Notes under the pieces: generated by a model
The model's input: the letters and a program-made list of their open reading frames with translations, nothing else
Databases searched by the model: none
What the model was told of the DNA's origin: nothing
Part shown: in pieces, positions 48,755-60,480 of the stretch
Layout of the letters: every line of letters starts with the position of its first letter
Numbering within the stretch: position 1 is the stretch's first letter
Position numbers and translations under genes: made by a program
Assembly (NCBI RefSeq): GCF_000143415.4
Contig: NW_003314378.1
Location: 198,110-262,109 of the forward strand
Length of the DNA: 64,000 nt
Direction: 5' to 3'
Source of the DNA: Selaginella moellendorffii
Lineage: Eukaryota; Plantae; Lycopodiophyta

Positions 48755-49640
48755 ATCCATTTCCATGCAAAGCTACGAAGAGAAGTTCGTGGTTGTGGAG
48801 CTCTCCGAGGAGACTCTGGTGGACACAATCGTCATCGCTCTACTCATCCAATCCAAGGGAGCTGGAGCTGCTGGGGAGCCAGTGGAAGCTCTTGCGGAAG
48901 TTCGAGGCGGAGAACGTGAGGCAACCTCAAAGGTTTGTGCTGCCGAAGCCGGAGTAGGCGAGGTATCTCAAGCTGAGGATACTGTCTCACTATGGGGCGG
49001 AGTTTTACTGCACGCTTAGCGCCGTCGAGGTGCTGGAAGGTTGGATTGGTAGGAAGAACTGGTGGCGATCCTTCACAAAAGCCGGATGTAGGAGACAAAA
49101 GGGACGCATCAACAACGCCTGACGGTCCTACGAACGCTGGTCCCGCAGGAGGTTCCACCGGTGGTTCCCATGGCTCTTCTACGACGTCGCTTAACATGTT
49201 CCTGATCGAAACGTTGAAGCGATTGGCAAGGGAACATAGAGTACGTTGACGATCTGAGCACCCATCACAGCGCGGTTTTGAAGGAGTACGATCAGGAGCT
49301 GTCGAACGTGATGAAGCGACTTAAGAATATGAATGACACGTGGAAGAAGCAAGTAAGATTATCATATTTTATGTTTCCTTCTCGTGCTCACTTTTCTGTG
49401 TAATTTGTTTGTCTTTGGAGCTACGTGTCGCTGAGGAGATGTTTTCCGAATCCACGAGGGAGCTCTCTGTCTCTCTTCGGTTCCTTCTTGCTGTCTATGT
49501 AGGCGCGCATGGCTGATCGAGAGCTCGTTGCGTTCAGTGTCGCGCTCCTGGCAGCAGCGCTTCTCATTTTACCAAAGACCGAATTCCCAACCGTCCTTAC
49601 GGGTGTAAGCTGCCTGGTGACGCTCATACTTCGTGTGACC
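48755..49640 (+). pseudogene. Mid-SUN domain (SUN3/4/5, SLP1-like) pseudogene
   Basis: [21 protein letters not shown] / [47 protein letters not shown]; coiled-coil and TM remnants follow. Confidence 0.8.
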
Positions 49641-52549
49641 GAGGACTGGAACAGCAGAGACAAGCTTTTGTCGATTCGAAGCGATCAAATCGTCGTGAGA
49701 CGTTGGCGATTTTATTTTTCCCAGGTGGCGATGATTTATAGGATTAGTGTAAAGGAGCAAACGAAGAGAGATCACCTTTTGTCCTTGTTATTTAGCGTGA
49801 ATCGTAAGAGGTTTTATTCGTAAGTGTTGGACAACTTTCAGACATTGTTTTGGTCAAGCAAGTCATTTTTTAGCAAACTACCCATAAAAAATTTACACTT
49901 CATTCAACTTTGGCAATTTGCAACCATGGTGCTTTCCTTTACTCTTGGATGGATTCTAGCCGTGGGCGTAGCTTCTTTAGCCGCATAGATCGATACCACA
50001 TGGTTGCTTCGGCGAGTTCGTCCTCCATGTCACCTCTACACTTGGGTCTCTCTTCGTCATGCCAAGTTATGGCACCCCACTTTGGAGATGAGTTGAAGAA
50101 TAGCTTGTAAATCACTCGCCACAATAATCCCCACATACTTTTCACAAATTTCCTTAGATAGGGTTCTTTAGTGCGACAGTCAGAAACAACCTTTTGCAGC
50201 CTATAAAGACTTAATAATGCAAAATACTTGTGAAATAACTAAAATAACATAAAGTTTTTTTATTGGACCCTGGCTTGGCAACCGACTTCTGTTTAGCACG
50301 ATTTTCCAGCCAAATCCAGGGAGCTGCTTTTTTAAAGTTAAGACACTGAATCCAGTCCCCAGATCGTTTTCCATCTTTCCTTGTGAAGGAATGAATAAGC
50401 TCCTCACGTACCACCAAGCACCTGCCTTCAACTCGACCAAGAGCAGCGTAGAAGACGCTAAGATCTTGTAGACAACCTGCCTCATGTTCATAGTCTCTGG
50501 CCTGCAACGCCTTCCATATTTGTCCACAATGATAATTGTCTAATTGTCTATGCTGTTTTTATCCACTCCGTAAGGTGATGCGACAAATGCCAGAGGTGCC
50601 TCTTTCATGGTGAATGGCTGCAAGGATGATGCTATCGTTCTACAGTATTTTCTTGGCATATGGGCTGACCTTCGTCCTTTATCAATATTTAGGAAGAGGG
50701 CTTGAAAAGAGAGAAATTGGGTGTGAGCCGGTAAGTTTTTTAATTGTATATTGTAGATGTTGTGTATATGCACCCATGACGGTACTATCTTGGCTGCTGC
50801 AGGCCAAGAGTTCTCACAACCCTTCACAAGGTGTGCGAGGCCATTTTTTTCCTTAAAATACGGTTTGCATTTATCAGGTGCTATGTTGGGAGAGATGGCC
50901 AGAATGATAGTGTGGAGTTCGTGCATTTTTTTGCTCGTGTGTGCAGTTTGTGGCAGGCAGAAGACCAGTGGTTGACAAGGATACTTGGATGCAAATTAAA
51001 TCAGTTTGTTTCCAGAGAGATCTAGGAGGCTCGCCAAGTGGAACCAATGTTCAGATTAAAATGCATGTGAGAAAAGCCGCTGCAAAAAGGATATATAAAG
51101 TGTTTGTACTAACTTTATGAGAGCATCGGCCAGGTGCTGGGATTGGTACATACGTTGATGTCTAAATCTTGATGATCTACTTTAATTTGTTACTAGCACA
51201 AGATTGCAATTGTGAGCCAGACAATTGCAACTAAATCTTTCACAGCTTTGATTGAGGCATGCTTTCTTTGCAGGTCTTGAAAGCAAGGCAAAGGAGGAAG
51301 GTGGGACGCAGCTGCAGTATTGAGAATTAGCAATGTCCTGAATGTGAACCCTCTTCCGAATGCGTCCAGGGAGGGCTGGTTTAAAGGTCCAATTGAGATG
51401 GTGGAGGTAAGGTTCAGTTTTTCTTGTTACTCTGTTCAAGAAAAGTGAATTTAGCTCAGGAGCTGGCAGCACCTGATTATTAGACCAGTGGTGCTAGATG
51501 ATGATGTCAAGAATTTACATTTCAATACTTACCTTGCTTGAAATATTGCAGTAGCGTGTGGCCTGGCACAAGCCTATGCCACAGATGCAAATTCATGCTT
51601 GCAAATTGGCCTTCCACTGATCCCAGGTTATTGCATATAATAAGATTGTAAAAATCACAGCTAGGGATATTCTAGAATATATTAAGGTTTCAGCATGGAA
51701 GTGAGCTCAACAGGTGATTTCTCCCTGTACATACAACTCTTCCATCAAGGAAAATGGTTATACCGAGGTACTCAAGCAAAAATCTGGGTACTTTACTTTC
51801 CTTGAGAATTTCTTGTAGTTTGATGTATGGAGTCCGATGACACAGCTACTTGTGTTCATGTTCGCGTGACAAGAGCCCATGCCAAAAGCATCAATCTACA
51901 GTTCAGTGGACCATGGAGCTTAAAACGAAGTAACAGGAGGCTGCGAAATTAATACTGTCGAGAGCAAATGGAGTTACAGTGATTGATTACAGGGATGCCA
52001 ACTCGTTTCAAATGCCATTGAAGGTACTGATCTGTGTACTTCATCCAATAGATTTCTCACTCATTTAAACTAGGTCTCTTATTCCGTTTTCACTGAGGAT
52101 TTGAGCCAAGGAAACGGTCGCATTTTCTTTCAGGCTAGGTGTGCGGCGATCAAATACGCAAAGGAACAGATCTGATCGCCGCGCAAACCGCCAAGAAGCT
52201 CTGGTGATGGAGGATGAAGTTTTTTATTTCACGACCATGCCGTTAGCCTACAAACATCCCAGTTACTAAAGCTGGGAAGCAGCAACACATTAATCACCTT
52301 GGCGTGATGATGAAGAAGTGACAGCCATGAGGGAGATAATAGTGGAACAGTTAATCTTATGTGTTGGATTACCTGAAATGTTTCTCTACAAAACAGCATT
52401 GAAATCGCAACCAGAGAGAACTAAAGAAACTGGCACGAACAATGACAAGAGGAACACCATGAAATGTGGAGCAGTTGACAACAACAATCTCAAACATCCC
52501 TTTTCAAAGTATGTATGATTTTGTTAATATTTAGTCCTGGAAATAAATC

Positions 52550-54200
52550 TTTCCTAAGTATTTTCAGGACATAGTGGGTAAGCCATTTTGTTTGAGCCAT
52601 TAGTTGCAAAATCTTGAATAATTTCCATATCAATTCTGTCACAATGTGAAATATAGGGAATGATAGCTGATAAGATTGTAAGACTTAATAAGCCTGCAAA
52701 ACATATATACAATTAATTCTTGTAAATGAAGCAAATGGGAAAATAAGAAAACTAAGGTAAATATAAAGGATAATTTATTTTATTTTCATAAATTTTTAAA
52801 TATTATATTTTAAAAGATATGAATGAGTATAGTAAATAAAATTTTTTGTTATATTTATTTGCAATTAAATATAAGGAATAAATCCTTTTTAGGTTCTTTA
52901 ACACTCCATCTATTTATCTTAGAAATTTATACTGGCGAATAGGGTAATTTTTTTTAACTTATCTATTAATTTAATTTTTTCTTTTGCTATGATGACTTTA
53001 ATTCTTTATTGTAAGAAGGATTATAAATTAATATTAAATTTCATTTAATTTTCAATATATTTAGTGTTATTATAAATGTTCATTTATAGATTGTTATTCT
53101 AGCAAATATAGAATAAAATGAGCTATTTCTTTTTTACTTTATCCATGTCGAAGAAATAATTGAGGAACTTATAGCTAATAAAACAATAATAATAAATTAT
53201 TTTTTCATTGTAAATTTAAATAATATGCTAGAAGTATTTGCTAAAAATATATATAATTGTCAAATGAATGCTTGAGTTATTTGATCAGAAATGAAGGTGA
53301 TGTTTATTTTGTGTTGATAAAGTTATAATAAAGTTTTGAATATTTCTAGAATAAAAGTCATTATAGTATGGGAAAAGAGAAAATTTAATTTATTTACAAT
53401 TTTAGATAATTTTGCAAAAGTGAGTTCTACTTTACCTTAAAAATTACGTAAAGAAGTGTACTCAAATCTTATAACACTTCTATCATTGTGTCCCTTGAGC
53501 TGCTACTAAAATTGCATAAAAATACTTAGCTTCATCTTTTGGAAATTTCAACTAAAATCATTTTATTATCATTTTACAGGCTCCAACTAGTTATCCCGAG
53601 TATAAAAGTTATTATATAAAAATAAATGAGTGAAAATAAATGGATTAAAATAGAAAAATTAATTTATTTGCAATTCTAAACAATTTTAAATAAGTGAAAT
53701 TTTTAAAAAATGAAGGATGGGAGGAACTTAGATAAATATAGAAAGGTAATTTTTTTATATATAATTTTTTAAATATTAAATTTTAAAGATGTGAGTGAGT
53801 TTACTTTTTATAAGATTTGTTTGCAAGTAAGGATAACAAATAAATCCTCTTTAGTTCTTTTACTATTTCATGTGTTTCTTTTTCAAAATAATTATACTAT
53901 CTAAAATTTCAAATAAGTTAAAATTTTTTACTTATTTATTAATTTACTTTTTTCTTTTGCTATAATGACTTTCATTCTTTGATGTAAGAATAATTATAAA
54001 TTCATGTTAATTTTCACTTCTTTTTCAATGGAATTAATGTTATTATAAATATTCATTTTAAAGATTGTTAATTTAGCCAATGTGGCATAAAATGATTCAT
54101 TTTCTTTTAATTTTGGCCATGCTAAAGAAATAAAGAAACTTATGGCAATATAATGAAAAGTATTAAAGCTATAAGTGTTACTATACTTATGCTTTTATAG
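52550..54200. repeat. Very AT-rich repeat island with direct (~52740-53180 vs ~53730-54150) and inverted subcopies
   Basis: Shared ttttttcttttgctat(g/a)atgacttt, gtaagaa..attataaatt and ttattataaat..catt; related inverted copy at ~11460-11635. Confidence 0.7.
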
Positions 54201-55830
54201 GGTTAAAACTTCTACTATTTGTAATAAATGTCAATTGTTTTTTATGGTGTAAACTCGGTTATTGCTAAGTTTGTTTTATGGCTCCAAAGGTTTGTTTTGA
54301 AATGTATGCTTGCCATGGTTAGGTTTTTTCATATCTTCTCATAAAGATTTTAAGTCAATAAATAACCTCTTCATATACTACTACACTATATAGACAATGT
54401 AGAACACACTATATCAATCACTAAGTTTTGCATAAAAATTTGGGAGGATATTGAACTCATATTTGATGTTATTGTGTAATGTGCTATCTTCTGCAATTCA
54501 TTAATATTATCAAAAATCTCAAGAAAATAAAAAATTTAGATATCATAATGATCTTTGACTAATAATTTCATATTAGGTCCTATTAGATTTTGGGAAGCTA
54601 TAACTAGAGGGGCACAAACAAATAATGTAGTACACTCTCATGCAAATTCAACCTTTCTTTTGTCCCTTTGAAATGCTTATGTATGAAGATTTTTTATGTT
54701 TATCTAAACAAAAGAAAAAACTTGTGAAGCTCTATAGATGAAAGAGGAATAACACTAACGCTATCTATTATTGCAAAAAGTATTATATTACCTTTGTCTT
54801 ACAAAATGATCATTGACCCAAGTTCATATCCAAAAAGAGTAAAGACTCCTATATGAATTTCTAACTATTTTCCAATTTTAAAGATCAAAATTTTGATTTA
54901 TTTTGAGTAAAACTTTGAGGAGTTGCAATGATGGAACCAATAGGTAAACCTCTTTCAATGAAAAAAATGAAAAAGCTCAAGAAATTATTATTGCAGATCT
55001 TGAGTATTTGTCAATCACTTAATGAAGTTGTTAATAGCTTAATGAAAAAAAGACTAGGTATGGCTATATAATTTTATTCATTGGAATCCAAGGTGGCATT
55101 ATGTTGGGAAAGATGGTAAGAATAGTAGTGTGTAGTATAGAATCGCCAGTCAAATATTTATTCTTGGCATTTAAACATTATTAATCAGTAATCTAATGGA
55201 TTGGAAATTTTTTTTTGGACATTTTGAATGGAATTTTTATATCTTATGGCATTAGTGTGATACACATGATAAAACTTTTATCTCTTTAAATTGCCCCATC
55301 ACAATTTCACAATATAGTGCAATTTTTAAGACGAAATCCATTGCATAATCACGATGATAGAGACATTTCTTAGGAGAATAACAATAACACCTTGTTTGAG
55401 AGAGAGTTTATGTGGTGGGAAACTGGAAGGTGTAATAAAATTTAAGAATTCTATTGAAATGTTTTTAAAATGTTCAATGTTAACAAAAATCAACACTTTG
55501 ATAAAGAAATTGTTTTATTCTTCAGCTTTTTCAATCACTGAACTTAAATTAGATAAATTTGCAATTCTTGCATTCTTGAAATTTGCTAAACCACTTTGCT
55601 ATCCTCATCGCCTACAAAGTGCTTAAGATCATTGTCCTGGGTTGACTGAGCTCCCTGTACCCTGCTGTTTGAGATCTGAGAGGGATAGTAAGAACTTTTT
55701 TTCCCCTCATATGTTTCTTCATTGCGCAGCCCTTACTACCAAATAAACGAAGTCCATTTTTGAAAAAGGAATAACCCTTTTTGGGGTATAAGTTCTGGGT
55801 TTGGTCTATAGGGCAAGAGCTAGGCTTAGG

Positions 55831-55930
55831 CATGTCCATCATTCCTGGACTTCCAGATGAGCTGGTGTTGGAACATGTCCTGCCCTGGGTACCACCATCT
55901 GCGAACATCCGGGTCCTGAAAAACCGGCAT
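55831..55930 (+). pseudogene. F-box (kelch-type) N-terminal fragment
   Basis: MSIIPGLPDELVLEHVLPWVP with no downstream domain. Confidence 0.5.
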
Positions 55931-56296
55931 TTTAGAAAGAAAGAAAGGACGATTGAATATCAAGGAAGAGGAGATAGAGTTCATATATCCGGCACATGGC
56001 ATACTGCTTGAACGAAGGCCTGGACAAGATCAGAGGCAGGATCCCCAGCGACGAATCCAGCCAGAAATCCCAAGCAGCAGCAGCAGCAGCACGGATGGAC
56101 GAGGCCCCGCATTATCAAAATGGCCAAGAGACAGTCTATCAAAGGGAGAGTAAATAAAGGAAGACATCCAAAAGGCGCGGTAAAGAACGGGTTTTTTCGT
56201 GTGCTCTGAGTGGGAGAACAAGATAAACTGCTGGTACTTCTCCAACGCGGTGCCTCTTTTCATCTCGGCCATTGTAAACGTCCTCGCGAGAGCAGT

Positions 56297-56609
56297 CCGG
56301 GATTGGCAGCTTGAGGCCAGGCAGCAGAATTTATGGAAATGAATCCGATGACGAAGTCCTGATGGTCTGCGGCCATTTCGCTGCTGCTGCTGCTGTGTAG
56401 TCGCCCTGTGCCAGAATTCCTTTGGGGCCAGTAGCAGCAAACCCCCTTCTTAGCGTAGAGTTTACCATGAAAGCTTGAAACTTTCCGGAACTTCTAACCT
56501 TGAGCTTGAGACAGGCACTATGTGCGCGTTTGTGATGTCCGACCAGTCCACAAGACCTCTACAAAGCAAAACTCGGCTTTGAGTACAAAACATCGAAAGA
56601 AGGATTGTA
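56297..56609 (-). pseudogene. UMPS (OMP decarboxylase part) relic
   Basis: Colinear deleted copy of 22933-23313 including intron sequence. Confidence 0.88.
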
Positions 56610-57370
56610 GAGAAACACTGGAACTTCAGGCCAAGTCACAAGCAAAAGCTCGCTAACAAATTCGCAAGGATACACATTCATCATGTTTCTGGCGCGTTCT
56701 TCTTGCACAGCTCCTGTGGTTAATGCAAGAATGACCATCGATTGAGCAAGAGGACTGGACATTTTCTATGGTCCTTGGACAGGACTCCACCGCCTGGTTT
56801 GTCTTTGTAGGACACTCTTCACTCTAGAAAACGTAGAGCCATGGCAACTACTACATAGAAATGCTGCTTGAACTTGTCCGGCAGATCTTCAGGATGGTTG
56901 TAGTTGTGTATGTGAACTCAGAACCATAACGAGAGAAGTGATGGTCATACTCAAAGAGTAGCGCACTCACTTCCACAAAAGATTTGCATTGCAAGCATAG
57001 CAATAATTAAGAAAAATTCTAAGAAGTTCCATAAACTTAACCCTAAAACAGTCCAAAGGTAAAGATGTGATTTGACGATGCGAATATGATTCCAAGCATT
57101 GGAATGTGATGACGTGCCGGAGGAAAAAAACCTTTGTGGCTTATCTAAGGATAAAGCGGCATTCCTCGGCCACAAAGCCCAGCGGACGGTCACGATTGGC
57201 GCTTCGCACCATTCAAAGGCGGTGACCGCCGGAGACTATGAGCCACTCGTCCCGGCCATCTCCAGCCGTTCATTTGCCCTGGTTATTATCATAACCCCCC
57301 ATGGTAATCTAATGCCAGCGGACTTCTTAAGGAGAGTGAGAAGGGAATAGTCTAGGCTAAGCTCGAGGCC

Positions 57371-59966
57371 ATGGCGTCTATCCAGTGCAATGCCGGGCGG
57401 CTCGCGGCGTCGGCGCCCTCCCTCCCGACCTCCTCGCAGCCGGATCGCGTCGCCAGCGCCCGATTCGCCTCCTACACAGGTCTGCGCCAGGCATCGAAAT
57501 CGCTCTTCGCCGGCGCCTCCTCGCCACAGATTCGTGCGCTGCCGATTCACAGATCTGGCAAGGCGTCGGCGACGGCCGTGGTGGAGACCGCGCAGAAGGC
57601 CGACACCAAGCTGATCGATCTTTCCGTCAACACGATCCGGTTTCTTGCCGTGGATGCCGTGGAGAAGGCGAATTCCGGCCACCCGGGGCTGCCGATGGGA
57701 TGCGCTCCAATGTCTCACATTCTTTTCGACGAGGTCATGAGGTTCAATCCCAAAAACCCTTACTGGTTCAACAGGGATCGCTTCGTTCTCTCGGCTGGTC
57801 ACGGATGCATGCTCCAATACGCCCTTCTCCATCTTGCTGGCTACGACAGTGTCAAGGTAGGCTCTCCATTGATCTAGTTTCGAGCTTTTCTATCAAAGTT
57901 CTTCCTTTCAACATGGATTTCTTGCTTGTTTCCAGGAAGAGGATTTGAAGCAATTCCGTCAATGGGGCAGCAGAACTCCTGGCCATCCAGAGAACTTCGA
58001 GACTCCCGGCGTGGAAGTCACGACTGGTAATTGTTGACTCACTCGTGTTGAATGGTTGTTGATTGTGGCTTGCTTTTCAAACAGGACCTCTTGGCCAAGG
58101 TGTTGGGAATGCGGTCGGCTTGGCTCTTGCTGAAGCAAATCTCGCTGCTCGCTTCAACAAGCCAGACGCTACAATTGTCGACCACTACACGTAAGTTCTC
58201 AGTTTTCTCGTTTGTGCGCGTTTCCTCTAAGAGATTTTTCCTCATTTTTCCTCACAGCTATGTGATTCTCGGGGATGGCTGCAACATGGAAGGCATTTCT
58301 AACGAGGCAGCGTCTCTTGCCGGACACTGGGGACTGAACAAACTTATTTGTTTCTACGATGACAACCATATCTCTATCGACGGGAGCACTGACATTGCGT
58401 TCACAGAAGATGTCGTGAAGAGGTTCGAGGCTCTTGGCTGGCACACTATCTGGGTAAAGAACGGAAATACTGGCTATGATGAGATTAGAGCTGCCATTGC
58501 TGAAGCTAAGACGATTAAAGACAAGCCAACCATGATCAAGGTATACGAGTCATTATTGTTATGATTTGTCATTGCCTTCTATTTTTTCTCTTAGGTGACG
58601 ACCACAATCGGATATGGTTCGCCGAACAAGGCCAATAGCTACAGTGTCCACGGCAGTGCACTAGGCTCGAAGGAAGTTGATGCTACGAGAAAGAACCTTG
58701 GCTGGCCTTATGAGCCATTCGTTGTTCCGGAAGAAGTAAAGAGGTATGTTTTGTCACATGATCATCGGGCTCGAAATGATTCACTTGTAATTCTTTTTCA
58801 GCCACTGGAGCAAGCACACCAAACTAGGAGCTGACTTGGAAGCTCAGTGGGAGGCCAGCTTGGCTGCTTATGAAAAGAAGTATCCAACAGAAGCTGCGGA
58901 GTTCAAACAGCTCATTAGTGGGGAGCTTCCAGACGGCTGGGACAAAGCTCTGCCGGTAAAACTTTCAGATTTGTTCATCCATGGTTTCTTAATTTCCTGT
59001 TCTCAGGTCTACACTCCCGAAAGCCCCGGTGACGCCACCAGGAACCTTTCACAAACCAATCTCAATGCATTGGTCAAGGTTCTTCCAGGACTTATCGGCG
59101 GCAGTGCCGATCTCGCCTCGTCCAACATGACACTGTTGAAGGCCTATGGCGATTTCCAAAAGAGCACCCCCGAGGAAAGAAACGTCCGGTTCGGCGTGAG
59201 GGAACACGGAATGGGAGCTATTTCCAACGGCATCGCTCTCCACGGCAGTGGCCTCATCCCCTACTGCGCAACGTTCTTCGTGTTCACAGACTACATGCGT
59301 GGAGCCATCCGGCTGTCCGCACTCGCCGAAGCCGGAGTTATCTACGTCATGACGCACGACTCCATCGGTCTCGGCGAGGACGGCCCGACTCACCAGCCGA
59401 TCGAGCACCTGGCCAGCTTCAGAGCAATGCCAAACATCTTCATGTTCCGGCCAGCCGACGGCAACGAGACGGCGGGCTCGTACAAGGTGGCAGTGCTCAG
59501 CAGGAAGACCCCCTCGATCCTGGCTCTCTCCAGGCAAAAGCTCCCTCAGCTCGCCGGCTCTTCGATCGACGCAGTTTCCAAGGGCGCTTACATCCTCAGC
59601 GACAACTCGTCCGGAAACAAGCCGGACCTCATCTTGATAGGCACCGGCTCCGAGGTGGAGATCGCTGCAAAGGCCGCGGACGTGATCAGAAAGGAAGGCA
59701 AGAGCGTGAGGGTGGTCTCGTTCCCGTGCTGGGAGCTGTTCGAGAAGCAAAGTGACGAGTACAAGGAGAGCGTCTTCCCGAGCGAAGTGACTGCCCGAGT
59801 GAGCGTGGAGGCCGGGTCGACGTTTGGATGGGGGAAGTACGTTGGAAGCCGGGGTGTGGCGATCGGACTGGACAGGTTTGGAGCGAGCGCTCCGGCAGGA
59901 ACTCTGTACAAGGAGTTTGGATTCACAGTTGACAACGTTGTTGCGAAGGCAAAGTCGCTGCTGTGA
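57371..59966 (+). CDS. TKL: Transketolase, chloroplastic
   Basis: Transit peptide; [55 protein letters not shown] and FGASAP. Confidence 0.97.
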
Positions 59967-60480
59967 TCTCTTCACATCCAATCCAGCAAAGAAGTTCCTT
60001 GGCGAAGTTTTTTTCTTCACGCGAGAGAGGAGGAGCTAATGAATCCGCTGACACTATTCTTATAAGTTTTTTTTTTTTTCTTGTTAGATTTTTTTTCTTG
60101 CAGTTAAGCATGAAGAAGAACGAAGAAAAAAAAAACCAAGCAAATCGGGAAGAGCGTTTCGAAAAGTTTGTGGCCGGTTTTGTTGCTGTAACGTTGCCAG
60201 GCTCTCTTTGTTCTATTCTATATGATTAAACGAAGTAATAAACCACAGCCCAAAAGAGGCTATTGGAATAAGACTGGTTTTCGATTCGATTCTTACAGCT
60301 CAAAAGGAAGAGGGCGCGTCGCACGACGACGATGGATAAGCTTTGATTTCTCAATGGCCGTACAGGCCACAGGTATGGCCGCCACTGGCATTTGTGGACC
60401 ACAGGGCGGCTGAGAGAGAAACCCTAGTTGTAGAGCTTTCCTCGCGCAGGCGCGCGCTAGGGCAGCCTAGGGTTTTGGGA

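Noticed and set aside
54400-55626. Possible transposase remnant
   Set aside because: No motif I can confidently recognise.
59049-60020. 323-aa antisense ORF, and similar ones over PPR, RLK, ILP1, UMPS and NUP1
   Set aside because: Shadow ORFs of GC3-rich coding sequence.
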